The notes below the pieces were generated by a model. That model was not told the DNA's origin. It searched no databases and worked only from the letters and a program-made list of their open reading frames with translations. A program made the translations under genes and the position numbers. Below are positions 14,650 through 28,662 of a DNA stretch of 64,000 nt, one piece after another; the first letter of the stretch is position 1, and every line of letters starts with the position of its first letter. The stretch is from Octopus sinensis (Eukaryota). The DNA is taken from positions 125,426,001 to 125,490,000 of the forward strand of contig NC_043000.1 in assembly GCF_006345805.1 (NCBI RefSeq), given 5' to 3'.

Positions 14650-15260
14650 TCAACTGGGGGCGTCCAAAAATATTCGACTGAAAAAGAACATTTAGCAGCA
14701 AAGGCATAATGGCAAAGACAGGCAACTGAATCAGATGAAACCAGGGCAAAGCAACTGAAACGAATGTCTAAGAATATGCACGTAGATGTAGGATGATTCT
14801 GTTTGTTACACATGTTAGGGTATCTTGAGAGGAGAATATTCTACTTTAAAATAAGATACTGAGTTGGTGTTCACCATCTGTGACTGTTCAGTTGTCTATT
14901 GATAATCAATGTCAAATGGAAAGCCTTCCAAACTTCAGCGAGATAAAAACAGAAAACACCAGTGCCAACAAACAGGGTGCTGAGAGATGAAACCGAATAT
15001 TTATAGCAGGAGTACAGATGAAAAAATTTTCAAACTATGAAGAATTCTGTTAAAAGATTAGCAAGGAAAGCTAGTTTTGATAATTTTCAAGAACAAGCTG
15101 TGCTGTCTATTGTACAGCCACATAATGCAGGGAGTCTCTTTGACAATGTTTGTTCATAGTGCAAAGCTTACAGATGGTCTGCTGAATTGAAATCTCTGTT
15201 GCTTTGAGGGAAGGTAAAACTTGACAAACTGCTCCTCCACCATAGTTGGACTACCTTAAT
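14650..15260 (+). mobile_element. Helitron Rep/helicase N-terminal remnant (pseudogenised)
   Basis: From 15061: ..QPHNAGSLFDNVCS*CKAYRWSAELKS/CCFEG/KVKL, matching the Helitron CxxCxAxxWxxE..CCxxGKVxL zinc motif; stop and frameshifts. Confidence 0.7.
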
Positions 15261-17057
15261 GTTTGTTTAAAAAAAGAGATTGACTGTGATAAGATAATGA
15301 AAGTAATACTTACTAAGCAAGTGTGCACTGTTATACATAAAAATAATTAGATCTAAAATATAATTATTAGAATTGGGAATCAAATGTGAAAATATTAAGT
15401 GGCTAGCAGAAAACTGTCCAGAAGGCAGTATTTCTACTAGCTTATATATGTATATATGCACATGTGTGTATGCATGCTAAGTCAATGAGTACCAATGTCC
15501 CATGTAACAAGCTTGATAGTTGCCAAGAAATTTTTTCTCACCATAAAACCAATGGTATCCTTGTTAACCCACAAAAAGAGTATATGTGTTATTCATGACA
15601 AGAGTTCGATTACATCTTATAATTCTTTAATATACTTCCAAGTTGGTAAGCGAAAAAGTAATGTCATATATGGGCAGACTAGAAATTGGTTTTTGAGAAA
15701 GAGATTTTATAGCTAGAATTAAATATCAAGGGTAAATGATTTAATGCTGAAAGCAAGCAATGAACATATAATAAAAAAAACAAAAGACCAAATCAATGTT
15801 CTACTGAATGACTTTTTCTGGCAAAATTTATATATTTATGAAAACATTTTATTGTTGATGTTACTTGTAAGTTAAGGTTTTAGAGAAAACATAATATTCA
15901 TTCATGTTTATAGTTTGTAGAGGAAATGAACTGTCATTTATGAGTGTTTGTCTGACATCATACCCTCATATTTATATGGCTGATAATTTCAACTCAAAAG
16001 TTTTTATTTCTACATTTACAAAATATATAAAACAAATTTTTTTTGTTTTGTTTTGTTTTAGAATATAATGAGATAATGATTGCCATTAATGCTTTATGGC
16101 ACCTTTTTAAAATAAATTTTAGGTGTGTGTGTGTGATACCCATCCTTCCATCACTCTTATTATTATGACACTACTCAGCTGCTGTTATCATTTCAAAGTA
16201 AAATCGGTACACATTTCACCCCACTTCTGCATTACCAGCTACCTCTTTCTCTCCTTGGAACTTCTATTAACATCTATCCATCATTCCCATTATCACTCCT
16301 TCCCACCCTATTCTTTCACTGATCACTCCTTTTCAGTGCGTTATCTCACCCTCCTTTCTGAGCTACATCTTAAGTTTTCCATGCTTCATCATTAACACCT
16401 CTCATATCTGCTATCCTTTTCCACACCCTCTCATATCTGCCATCCGTACCATCCCCACTGCCATTGCCTTCCTCACTATAGCCCTCATTATGTACCTCTG
16501 ACCTCTACCTCTGTCACTGTACATCTATCACCTGCCACTTTTACACCCTGCACATCATCGCTCTACTTTTATTTATTTACAGCTTATGTCACTGTTGCTC
16601 TCCTCTTTCTGAACAACTGCTTGACACCTCCTCCCTAAACCACTTCTACACCTCCTCCCCCTTCATACATGATATTTATACCATCACTCATACCTCCACC
16701 CTTGTTCCTCACACATTACATTCACCTCTGTGTGATCTCTTAAGCTGCTGTTACTCTCTTCTCACATGTTTGAAGTTAGCCCCTTCATCTACATCCTGAT
16801 CCACTGTCTGTATTCTCTTTTATATTCATTTTCTCATACCTTGAGAGTCCACCCCGGTGTCTTGTCACCACTGTCTCTATAATCTTTCCAGCTACTCCCA
16901 CTTACATGGCTATCCCACACTATATAAGAATATCTCCTCTATAGCAAGACATCTGTGCTTGTTCCTCTGTCAAATGGCATAAAAGCCATCTCTCAATTAC
17001 TTCACTCACAGCCAAGCTGACTTTTCTATTTTCTTGCAAGTTTACTAAGCATTCTAA

Positions 17058-17250
17058 CATGTGCCAGTGGCAATGAAAACACTGCACACTGTAAAGTGGT
17101 TGGTGTTAGGAAGGATATCCAGCCAAATAAACCATGCCAAAGCCAGCATTAGAGCCTGTTGCATTCCTGCAGCTTGTCGGAGCTTGTCAAACTATCCGAG
17201 TCATACCAGCATGGAAAAGTGACATACGAGCATGGAAGATGATGTTGATA
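17058..17250 (+). mobile_element. SINE family C, 3' part
   Basis: gtaaagtggttggtgttaggaaggatatccagcc...cataccagcatggaaaagtgac. Confidence 0.75.
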
Positions 17251-18943
17251 AAAAAGACTACCACCAAAATCCTGAATAAATTTTAAAGGTTATGATGGCA
17301 AAAGCAAGAATGAATTCTATGTCATGCAGACTGTAGTTAGTCCTACATACAGTCAGCTTTAAATTCACTGTTTTCTCTGTTTGTTCAGCATGGCATTAAT
17401 ATTTATAATGCTTGCAGTGTGATACTAAATTTTATCTTAATCCGTTTCTGTAAAGTGGATTATAAGGTTTAGGTGACTCATCAGAGCAGGGTTCTGTGGC
17501 TGGGCTTCTGTTGACATTTGGCCACAAGGGAAGATGAATTTTAATCTTTCGGGGTGTGGACTGGAAATTTTAAGAAATAGCAAAATTTTCTACTGTTGAA
17601 ACATTTGTGTATGATAATGGCAGAATTGTTGAAAACTAAAGTAGATAATCTTGAACTCATTGCAAGTATTACAGTCTGGGCTTCAATCTTTTGAGTTGCA
17701 ATTCTATCCAAGAGGTGTTAACTGTAAAGTGTCCTGAAAAGTGCATCTCATTGATTTCCAAACTCTTGCTTCAGATCCATGAAACATATCCATTTTCACT
17801 AAATAGATTTTAAATGCGTAACATTTTTACTATAATAAAAATGTCTATACATAGACAAGTTTTTGCAATCAGCTAAAAGCAGCTTCCTTATTTTTATGTA
17901 TCAATACTAAACCAGAAAATATTCAGTATTGACATTCTATAGAAAATGAATTCTTGTGAGAGAATGAAAAACTATTGTAAATTTATGAAGGATAAAGAGG
18001 AAAAAAATAAATAAAAATATATTAAAAAAATAAATAGATTAAACTGGAGGTGGAATAATATGAATTGATAAATTGATCTGGTGATTCTATTTGATGGGAA
18101 AAAATCTTTTTGTTTTTATGTATTGTTAAAAATTGTGAATAAAGCAGCAGTAATTTCCTTTCTAGGCCTAAGCACTGTGCTTAGTTGCCAACTTTTTCAT
18201 ATATTGTAACAAATCGAGAAATATAATTATACCCTGATCAGGTTCACATGACCCACCTCTGCTACAATCACAAACTTCCAGGCCTGCTAAAACATACTAG
18301 GAAGGTAATTGGCAGAAACCTACTTACCATTCTCAATTCATAACAAGACTACTCTTCAGCATAACTGAAATGGGGCACATCTTACTTGTGCTGGGTCATT
18401 GGGTTCCTCTTGTTTGGTATATTTCCTTCGTACTATGGTCTACTAAGTAAGGCACATGACCTAAGATCATGGTTTCATTTTCCAGACCTAGTGGTGTGGT
18501 TCTTGAGCTAAACACTTTATATCATGTTGTGCCAGTCCACTTGGCTGTAGATGAGTAACCCTGCGATGGACTGGTGCCCTGTTTAGAAGAAATGTTGTGA
18601 CTTTGGTCTCTTGTATGTCAGATAACTGACTGAGTCCTGAGACTTAAGACCATAATAGCTAGGTGTTGAAGATAATGGTAATTAAAACTGAGGCTGTAAA
18701 AAAACCACCACTGCCTACCACAAAAAATAAACCTACCTATGACTATTAAAATTCTCAAGTACCATTTATAATAGCTGTTACACACACACACACACTCACA
18801 TATAATAAACTTTAAATTTTCAGTTATAATAAAAGTAGGTTAATGGAAGAAGTGTAAAGTACGTAAGAACTTCCACTTGGTGAACACAGTATACATAGTA
18901 TTTAATTTTGAAAATGAAGAATTTAGTAAAATATCTTTCACAT

Positions 18944-19190
18944 ACTCTTTTACTTGTTTCAGTTATTTGACTGTGGCCATGCTGGAACACCGACTTTAGT
19001 CGAGCAAATCGACCCCAGGACTTATTCTTTGAAAACCTAGTGCTTATTCTATCGGTCTCTTTTGCCGAACCACTAAGTTACAGGGATGTAAACACACCAC
19101 CATCGGTTGTCAAGTGATGCTGGGGGGACGAATACACACACATATACGACGGGCTTCTTTCAGCTTCCGTCTACCAAATCCACTCACATG
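18944..19190 (-). mobile_element. SINE family A, 3' half
   Basis: ctcttttacttgtttcagttatttgactgtggccatgctgg...ctaccaaatccactcaca. Confidence 0.9.
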
Positions 19191-19617
19191 TTAATGGTTA
19201 GCTCATCTGTTCCATTTACAGATATGCATTGAAGTCCAATGGCCAGCCTCCTACATTTTTTTTATCCAAGGAATTTTAATCCAATATTCTAAACTGTTAG
19301 TTACAACTTTATCTACTTAGAGATCCATCATTAAAAATAATTTTGTGGTGTTGATTTACCCAAAGTCAAGCTTGGCTAGACAAACCTATGTTCCATAGCA
19401 TTCTGTGGCAACCCCAATTTTAAGTTTATCTAGGAAGACTAATGTGTAATTTTTTTGTGTTTGTTTTTGAGGAAGATTTGCCAGCTATTTATAATTGGCC
19501 AAGTGATTACATGGAAGCTCCCCTGCTGGCTCTTGATATATTAAACTAGTTTTGTGAACATAACATTAATGCTTTCACATAGTTATAATAAAAGCTTTTG
19601 ATTTCAATATGAAACCA

Positions 19618-19830
19618 TTAACACTTTAGCATTTAAAATGGCCATATCTGGTCAATATTCTACCAATTTTGAGTTAAAACTGGCCAGATCCAGCTTCTCA
19701 TACCTACCCAACAATGTCATTCAAAAAATAACAATCACATCAACCAAATCTCAAAGCTGCTAGGTTAATTCCAAACAGTGTGAAAACAAGCATTAGATTT
19801 TTGACAGTAATCTGAATGTTAAAAGACTAA
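19618..19830. mobile_element. TTAA MITE family 1, opposite orientation to the copy at 1874
   Basis: ttaacactttagcatttaaa...agtaatctgaatgttaaaag; interior is the reverse complement of 1874-2100. Confidence 0.7.
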
Positions 19831-20502
19831 AACAGATGGTTTTGTATAAACTGGATTGATACGAAAGAAATAGGATCTACTGATGTCATTGTTTATCACA
19901 CAAACAAACGTATATTTATTGGTAAAGTACTAACATGCTTAATGTGGTGAGCATAATAATTTTAATGAATCTTAAATTGATACCAATGTTGGGTAAAGGT
20001 AAACATTGAACCATGTTTTCCCAAAATCAAATAAAGATAAGATCAACAATTCAAAATAAAGTAACAACAAAAAAAAAAATTCTTTTTGAAATGAGTTGAC
20101 ATGCCAGAGCTGTTTGTACATGTATATTCCGGGAAATGAGTTAGCGACTCTCTGTAGTGTTGTAGCATCACTTGTAAAGTTATTTCTATGATATTTGTAA
20201 CTGTCTGATGGTTTTTCATCCTTTGATCGATATGACAAATATTATTGTAATATTCACCATGAATCATGTTCTGATTGGATTCAGCTAAATTTTTATTCTT
20301 GAATAATAATGTAAATAGAAAAGTCTGGTGACTGTCTTTGATGACAGTTAGTGAATGCAAACACTTCAAAACTAGAATAAATTGGTTTGCCTTGAGAAAG
20401 AAAGGGTTAAAAAAAAAAAATCTAACTTTGCAAAAACTTTTCATTGGTGTATGTCCATTAATAGATTCCACCCCGATTTCATTTCACACATACACTCTGT
20501 AA

Positions 20503-20900
20503 ATGTGGCTGTATGGGTAAGAAGCTTGCTTCCCAACCATGTGGTCTTTGGTTCAACCCCACTTCACAGCTCCTTAAGTGCCTTCTATAGCCACAAGTTG
20601 ACTAAAGCTTTGCGATTTAATTTGGTAGATAGAAACTGAAAGAAGCCCATTGTGTGTGTGTGCATATTTGTATGTACTCTTAGGTTGACATCACATGATT
20701 GTTGTAAATAAACATCTTTGTCATAGACAAGTCTGGAAATGAATACCCTTCTAACTATAGAAAAATATTACTTTGCTTAGAAACCAGTAAGAGTTGGCAA
20801 TAAGAAAGGCATCCAACTGTACAAAATCTGTCTCAATGAATTCCATCTGATCCATGCAAAGATGGAAGAATGAATGTTAAATAGATGAATCTTGATGATC
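20503..20900 (+). mobile_element. SINE with family-A head and family-C-like tail
   Basis: gtggctgtatgggtaagaagcttgcttcccaaccatgtgg head; gttggcaataagaaaggcatcc...tccatgcaaagatggaag tail; related copies at 25157 and 40222. Confidence 0.7.
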
Positions 20901-20946
20901 AGTTGATGTTATCTCAGTAACCTTCATCTATTGTAAACAATGTTGT

Positions 20947-21169
20947 TTAACCCTTTCATTACTGTTTTTATTTTGAGATGCTCTGTATTTCTTTTAATTA
21001 CTTCAAATATAACAAAGAATTTATCAAAATAACTTAGTTATCATTCAGCTAGTGTTAGGAACATAAATTATGACTAAGGTTTGGTGGAAGATTTTAATTC
21101 AAAACTTATACCATCAAGACATTTGTACTCGGAGCCAGTTTCAGCCAGGTTGGGTAATGAAAGGGTTAA
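20947..21169. mobile_element. TTAA-flanked MITE, family 2
   Basis: TIR ttaaccctttcattac / gtaatgaaagggttaa; inverted sister copy at 26516-26744. Confidence 0.85.
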
Positions 21170-21412
21170 TAATTATTTTTGTATAAATATAAAAAGCACT
21201 TGTGCTGGTACCTCATAAATTGCTCCCAGTACACTCTATAAAGTGGTTAGCATCAGGAAGGGCATCCAGCTATGCCAAAATAGACAACAGAGCCTGGTAC
21301 ATCAACTGGCCTATGCCTGCATGGAAAATGGACATTACATGATTTATAAATTTACTGTTTTAACCATATTTCTGCTGGGTTATTCTGATTCCATTGGGAA
21401 ATAATAATAATA

Positions 21413-21785
21413 ATGGTTTCAAATTTTGGCACAAGGCCAGCAGTTTTGATGGTGTCTAGTTGATTTCATTGACCCCCTAGTACTTAACTGGTACTTATTA
21501 TATAGACCCCCAAAAGAATGAAAAGCAAAGTCAGCCTTGCAGAGTTAGAACTCAGAATGTAATGACAGATAAAATCTTGCTAAGCAATTTGCCTGGCATG
21601 CTAACAGTCCTGCCTGTTTGCCACCTTACTAATAGCAATAATAACTGTTTATGATTTTGGCACAAAGCCAACAGTTGTAAGAGGAGGGAATTAGTTGATG
21701 CTGTCCATCCCAGTGCTTATCTGGAACTTTGACCCTGAAAGGATGAAAAGTAAATTTGGCCTGTGAAAGATTTGAACTCTGAACA
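21413..21785 (-). mobile_element. Two tandem SINE-B copies within (AAT)n
   Basis: Two units starting ttttggcacaa(g/a)gcca, separated by aatagcaataataa. Confidence 0.8.
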
Positions 21786-21907
21786 AAAATTAAAAACTGA
21801 AGTAATGATACTATATACCATAAAGCAGAACACATTCTTGAAAATGATTGTATAAAGTTACTATGGAATATGAGCGATCCCGTAGAATATCCACATCTAG
21901 ATATTGT

Positions 21908-22302
21908 CATAGGCGCAGGAGTGGCTGTGTGGTAAGTAGCTTGCTTACCAACCACATGGTTCCGGGTTCAGTCTTACTGCATGGTACCTTGAGCAAGTGT
22001 CTTCTACTATAGCCTTGGGCCGACCAAAGCCTTGTGTGTGGATTTGGTGGATGGAAACTGAAAGAAGCCTGGTTATATATGAATACATACATATATGTGT
22101 GTGTGTGTTTGTGTGTCTGTGTTTATCTCCTGACCATTGCTGGTATGTTACGTCCCCATAACTTAGCACTTCGGCAATAGAGACCAATAGAAAAAGTACC
22201 AGGCTTACAAAGAATAAGTCCTGGGGGTCAATTTGTATGACTAAAGGCGGTGCTCCAGCATGGCTGCAGTCAAATGACTGAAACAAGTAAAAGAGTAAAG
22301 AG
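21908..22302 (+). mobile_element. SINE family A, full length
   Basis: tRNA-like A/B-box head ggcgcaggagtggctgtgtggtaag...gggttcagtc, central (TG)n, tail gtaaaagagtaaagag. Confidence 0.92.
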
Positions 22303-22634
22303 TATACTGTAAGGGCTTGTGGTTAGGGAATTTGGCTCATGGTCATAAGGTCATAGGTTTGATTCCTGGTAGTGTGTCGTGTCTTTGAGCAAGATACTTT
22401 ATTTCACATTGCTGCAGTCCACTCTGGCAAAAATGAGTAATACCTGTAATTAAAAGGCCAGCCTTGTTACATTTTGTTCCATGCTGAATTTGAGAACTAC
22501 ATTAAAGGTGTGTGTGTTTATGGAGTTCTCAGCCACTTGCATATTAATTTCATGAGGCAGCTGTTCAGTTGATCAAATTACCTGGAACCCTTGTTGTCAT
22601 ACTGATGGAGTGCCTCTTATTCTCGCACTCAATA

Positions 22635-22925
22635 CAGAGGTAAGAGTGTGTTGATAAATACATGATTTTTTTTTTTGCCTGTTTGCTACTAGAGTGATAA
22701 ACAAAGAACATGAGAAATTAGAAAAATACCAAGAGCTGAAATATGGACTTCAGAGAATTTGGAATTGCTGTAAAGTTAATATCCCAATTGTAATAGGAGC
22801 CTTTGGAATGGCAGTAAGAAGTTTAAATGGTTGGTTGAAGATGTTAATATCAAGGTGAATTTCCTTATTCAACAGAAAGTCTATTAGCACAGCAAATGCC
22901 ATATGGAAGGTGTTAAGATACCTAA
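22635..22925 (+). mobile_element. R4/Dong-clade non-LTR retrotransposon, restriction-like endonuclease C-terminal remnant
   Basis: From 22682: FATRVINKEHEKLEKYQELKYGLQRIWNCCKVNIPIVIGAFG...TANAIWKVL, matching the KExEKxxKYxxL...PxVIGALG...TAxILRKVL end of R4/Dong ORFs. Confidence 0.75.
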
Positions 22926-23002
22926 CAACACAGCTTGATATTTAGCAATTTAATACTGGTAGAACAATTAAATACTGAGTGAGCAAATGAAGGAATGATT
23001 AG

Positions 23003-24142
23003 AATGGTTTCAAAATTTTGGCACAAGGCCAGCAATATCAAGGAGGGGTAAGTCAATTACTTTGACCCCAGTGTTCAACTGGTTTTTATTTTAATGACCT
23101 CAGAAGGTGAAAGGCGAAGTAGACTTCAGCAGAATTTGAACTTTGAACATGAAGACAGACAAAATGCAACTAAGCATGGTAATGACTCAACCAGCTTGCC
23201 ACAATAATAATAATAATTTCTACTATAGGCACAAGGCCTGAAATTGGTGGGGGGTGGCTAGTTAATTACATCGACCCCAGTTTGCAACTGGTACTTGATT
23301 TATTGACCCCGAAATGATGAAAGGCAAAGTCGACCTCGGTGGAATTTGAACTCAGAACATAACGACAGGCAAAATACTGCCATGCATTTTTCCCAGCATG
23401 CTAATGATTCTGCCAGCTCACCGCCTTATAATAATAATAATGGTTTCAAATTTTGGCACAATGCCAGCTGTATTTTAGGGAAATGGGTAAGTTTTCTTCA
23501 TCCTCCATTCCCCCAGTGTTTATCTGGTGCTTATTTTATCAACCCTCAAAAAGAGGATAAAAAGCAGAGTTAACCTTAACAGAATTTGAACTCTGAACAT
23601 ATGAATTGGAAGGAATGCCACTGAATATTTTTCTGATGTGCCAATAGTTGTACCAGCTTTCCACCTTAGAAATAGTAATATATTTTGACATGTTTCTAAT
23701 TTAGGCACAAGTCCAGCAATTTTGAGGGTGGGGGTTAGTTGATTACATCAACCTCAGTACTTGACTGATACTTTATTTTGTCCATAGGACAAAAGCTAAA
23801 ATTGACCTTCAAGAGATTTGAACTCAGGGCATAGTCAGAAGAAATAACATCCCTCATTTTGCTTGATACTCCAACTAATCTGCCAATCTTCTATCCTTAG
23901 TAGTAATAATAATAATAATAATAATAATAATCCTTTCTACTGTAGGCACAAAGCCTGAAATTTGTGGGGAGGGGTAAGTTGATTACATTGGCCCTAGTGC
24001 GTAACTGGTACTTATTTACTTGACCCTGAAATGATGAAAGGCAAAGTCAACTTTGGAATTTGAGCTCAGAACGTGAAGATGGATGAAATGCTGTTAAGCA
24101 TTTTATGTGATTTGCTAATGATTTTGTCAGCTTATCACCTTA
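23003..24142 (-). mobile_element. Array of five head-to-tail SINE-B copies with (AAT)n spacers
   Basis: Units start at about 23003, 23218, 23441, 23692 and 23931; each has ggcacaa...gaatttga(a/g)ct...; spacers are (aat)n-like. Confidence 0.9.
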
Positions 24143-25156
24143 ATAATAATGATAAAAATAAAGATGCAGAAACTGTATCCTTTTGGTTAAGGTTAACCAT
24201 GTATTTCCATTTGAAAATTCTTCCCCAAGGTGCAAGCTAAGCAAGGTTTTTTTTTTTATGAAGACAAGCAGGCAGTTGCCCTTGTAGCATGTCTCCCCTC
24301 TCCATAGAACCAGTATTGTTTAAGAGAACTGGAGAAGGGCTAATTACAGCTAGGTACCTGCGTCATTGTAGACCAGCTGGGAATGTTGAAGAAACAAATA
24401 CCCCAGTACATTTTGTCCAATATCATAACAATTCCACAAATCCAAACTCTAGAAAGATATGAAAAGCAAAGCTGACCTTGGTACAGAATATAAAGGGCTG
24501 AAACAAATATCACAAGGTATTTCATTCAATCCACTAACAATTGTACCATCCCTCTGCCTTTTGTTTCATAACTAAGCTGTTAATCCTTTCCTAATGGTAA
24601 AAAAGTCAATGATTGTAATAGTTTTGACCTAAATATTAGTTAAGTAGCTAATTTTAGAACTGCAGTATAGTCTCTCTGTTTTTCTCTGATTTTAAATATT
24701 TACCCTTAAACTTTCTTTAATCTAAATCCTATAAAATCTAAATTCATCAGTCAATATATCTGCTACGTTTGACTGCATGACTTGGATATTTTTTCAAAAG
24801 TATTTTGTTATATCTACTGAAGGATTTACATTCTGAAACTGCTTTTGTATCCTATTAAGCATTGGGGAACCTCTAAGTTTGGATGTAGCTGTTAGTAGGC
24901 AGGTGTATACAAAACCATAAAAAGAAATATAGTATAATTTTCTTGAATCTGAGTGTCACGATAGGAAAGTGTATATCATGTCTATTTTTGTTTAAAAAAA
25001 ATACAACTTTGATTACAATACTCCTGTATAAAGAATATACTAAAATTCTGTGTTAGAAGTGAAGATTAAGATAATGCTACTCACTTTCAAGAGGGTGCTG
25101 AGTGCTTTTTTGCTTCATGGCACAAGCATTAGTTCAGTTGTTTCACAGTGGAAGAA

Positions 25157-25495
25157 TGTATGGCTCTGTGGTTAAGTTTGTCTCTCAACTACATAGTTTT
25201 GGATTCAATTTCATTGTGGGTTAACCAGATCTATGTGAGTGGATTTGGTACACAGAAACTGTAAGAAGCCAGTCATATGTATGTGTGTGCACGTGTGTTT
25301 GTGTCATTTATCATGAAATTGCCTGATTGTTATAAATGAATGTTGTAAATTCATTTCTAATATTCTGTGAAAATATGTCTAAGCATGGGGAAATGTTATG
25401 TTGCTTGTTGGTGACTGGAAGGGCATCTGACCTTATGAAGTCTACCTCAGTAACCTTCGTCTGACCCATGAAAATGTGGATATTAAAATGATGAA
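25157..25495 (+). mobile_element. SINE with A-type head and C-type tail
   Basis: Same layout as 20503-20900. Confidence 0.65.
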
Positions 25496-26515
25496 TTGCC
25501 TAAAGTGACCCCTTTAGTAGAGAGAGGGTGCAATGATTTTTAGGTGAAGTCTTGAGGGAGAATAAAGGTGAGAGGTACTCTTCCTATGCTTGCACACACA
25601 TGTACAATTAACTGTGAGAGAAACAGTGCAGCTAGGTGTTCAGATCTACTGAAATAGGTTGTTTTTTATTCTCTTTAGCTGCCTTAGCATAAATGTGTGC
25701 TAAAAATTGATAGAATGTTTTGGTGCTCTGATTGGAAGTTCAATCCTTAATCATTTGCATGGAAATCAATAGCAGGTCTATCCTTATTAGAGTTGTAGTG
25801 ATTTACTGAACAAAATGTAGAACCTTTCTCATTGGGCTGTGGCAGGAAATTGCATATTGTAGAGCTTCATAGGAATGGTGGTTCTCTGATATTGTTTCCA
25901 GTCTGTGTCCTTTTATTTTTTCCACATGGTTCACTGGCCATGAGTACAGCCGCCTCTTCAGTAACTGATACAGTAAATTAACTACCATGATTCTTAACCT
26001 TTTTCTTCAGCTCATACTGTAATGTTGTTGAGATAGATGCAATGTTATCTGATTGAGAACAGAGATAGTGTTTTCATCAAAGTCTTGATTGTTTTGATAC
26101 ATCTGATATTGTTGGTCCAGGTCATGCATAAAATAAGTTCATAAAAAAGAAAAAAGAAACAATATTCATTAGTTAACAGTTCCAGGAAACCAATTAAATG
26201 CTAGACTTGGCTTTGTACTTTAAATGCTGCTAGAAATTTTGGTTTGAAAGCTGTCATCTGAAAAATTTAAGTTATCAGTGAAAAAAGAGTATTTAATGCT
26301 AGTGTTATATCTGACAGCAATTATATGAGAGTTTAGGTGAAAAAAGCATGGCTATTTGAATTTTACTCCTTGAGTATGTGGAAAATTTTAGCCTTTAATT
26401 TTGGTGTACCACAGCCTGAAATGTAATTTTCCCAAAAATAACCTGTCCCATGTGAAACACTGACATAGCGGGGTAATTTAATTTGTCATATTCAGTATTA
26501 GTTCCTCTTGTGCTA

Positions 26516-26744
26516 TTAACCCTTTGATTACCAATCCTGCTGAAACTGGCCCTGGTTCTTTAATACAAATGTCTTGTTTTCATAAGTTTTGAATTAAAAT
26601 CTTCCACCAAACCTTAGTCACAATTTATGTTCCTAACACGAGCTTAATGATAACTAAGTTATTTTACTAATTTCTTTGTTATATTTAAAGTAATTGAAAG
26701 AAACACAGAGCATCTCAAAATAAATACAGTAACGAGAGGGTTAA
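26516..26744. mobile_element. TTAA MITE family 2
   Basis: ttaaccctttgattac...gtaacgagagggttaa; reverse complement of 20947-21169. Confidence 0.85.
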
Positions 26745-26764
26745 GCACATTGGGTAGTAAGTTG

Positions 26765-27220
26765 ATACCACTGGCGTCTGTTGGCTGTGGTTTTCTTTTC
26801 ATCCTGTCCTGTGATGTTAGCCTCTCTCATGCTGCCCATGAATATTCTGCGCCATGTAGTTTATGATCTTCGTATCTTTCTGTTTCAAATAGTGTCTATT
26901 TGAAAACTGTTTTAGAATGATGATGGTCTCTTAGCTGAGTTGTGTGACCTGCTAGTTTTAATCTTTGTCCTACAGTGATTTCACTAAGTGACCATGTGTT
27001 GACTCTTTGGAATGTCTTCATTGTTCATGTGGTCTTTCCAGTATGTTCTCTAAACCCTTCCCAACCATCTTTGGTAGAACACATCTAGCTTTCTGTTGAT
27101 TTTTTTCATAGTACTTTTCCATGTTTCACCAGCATAAAGAACTATGCTATTACAAACCGAGATCTTTGAGTGTCGGCCAATTCTGTCGTCTCTGAAGGCT
27201 GTTGTCATCCCATTACTTTC
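26765..27220 (-). mobile_element. RTE-clade LINE 3' fragment, decayed
   Basis: Minus strand reads ..FFYAGETWK..ESxLDVFYQRWLGR..LHGAEYSWAA../ANRRQW, as in RTE ORF C-termini. Confidence 0.55.
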
Positions 27221-28662
27221 TCTCACTTATGAACATTAGAAGTGTTTCTCTTTTCTGTTTGAAATTACTACTTATAATATCCAATATCATTTTCATATGT
27301 ATATGTCTTACCTTTGTACGAAACTAAATATTACTGTGAAGCTATTGTCTGTGATAAGTAATCTAGTATCTAAAATTGAAAGTTATTTCTCATTAATGAG
27401 GTTAATACAATTTTATATAATATTTTTATACTGTGTGTGTGTGTGTATGTTTTAAATTTCAATAGTTTTCTTTTGTTATTAGAAAAGTTTGTTATCGGTT
27501 CAATAAACTTTAGGAGCAAAAAGTTAAATTGTTTATAGCATATTAAATCCAATTTTATTTCTGATGTTATTATTTATTTATTTATTCTTAGAATTGATGC
27601 AGTTTTTCTTTTGAGATGCTAAGATATTTTTATCTGAAATGAAAATCTATATTTAGTAGGAATAAAGCTCTACTTGTAGTACACCATTTAAAAATCTGTC
27701 AGACCACTGCGTGTTTGACATTTTCAATTCTGTTACATTAGAATATTATGAAAGGGAAGATGATTTACTGTAGTGCACATTTCAAAAATCTTCCTACACT
27801 TGTTATTGTAGTTGTCATTTATTTTTTTATATTTTATTTCTGTTTAATCTTGTTATGTGCACAGTGGTTCAGAAGTAGGTTTAAGATTTGGGCTGTTACT
27901 ATGGAATTTGGAAGGTTAGAGGCTTATTTGGAGGAATTCTGCAGAACACTATCCATGTACTGAATAACAAAGTAATGCCGATCTGTAATAAACATGTCTT
28001 TTGTGATATAATTATAAATCTTTCCATAAGACAATCCTTGCTTTGAATATCTATTATAAAAATTTTGGAAACACTATAACTGATTTACAATATGCAATAT
28101 CGTAAATCAGTCACAGTGTTAGGATATTTATGGCATGGGCATTAAAAAGCTACTTGGAAATAAGTGATAAAGACAAAGAAATAACAAAATGTCCAATATG
28201 GTTTTGATTTTCCTCATGAGTACAACAGACAACATCAGTCATGTTTATGTCTTATACTGATCTCGTCAGTGGGGTGTTACCTTACTTATTGAAAATTATG
28301 ATGAAAGAATCACTAAGTAAATGGACAGTCTAATATATTTGCTGGCATTGGAAAACCAACATTTTAGTTTAGAAATGCACATGAAAGAAAATACTTAAGT
28401 TAATATTACATTCAGTGCAGGATGCATTAAAAAGCAAACTAAGAATAAATTTATTGTGAAGGAAAATGGAAATATGTCTTAGATATAAATCATTTACTTC
28501 GTACCATTAACATGCAGCTTAATTCATCAATCCAATTCTGATAGTTTCAGAAATTATCCTTATCTCTGATTATCAAAAATTTTCAATGAAAACTATCAGA
28601 GTATTCAATCAAATTTTATTTTACCAAACAAATTTTATGAGATTTGCTGCATAGAATCTAAA

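Noticed and set aside
20043-20471. 142-aa minus-strand ORF with an internal acceptor-like tract
   Set aside because: No recognisable domain, AT-rich random-like composition, and only a mediocre donor.
21907-22286. Recurring short ORFs such as MFQSFDCSHAGAPPL and MWLVSKLLTTQP (also at 49544, 52230, 57596)
   Set aside because: Antisense translations of SINE family A; they may match spurious predicted proteins.
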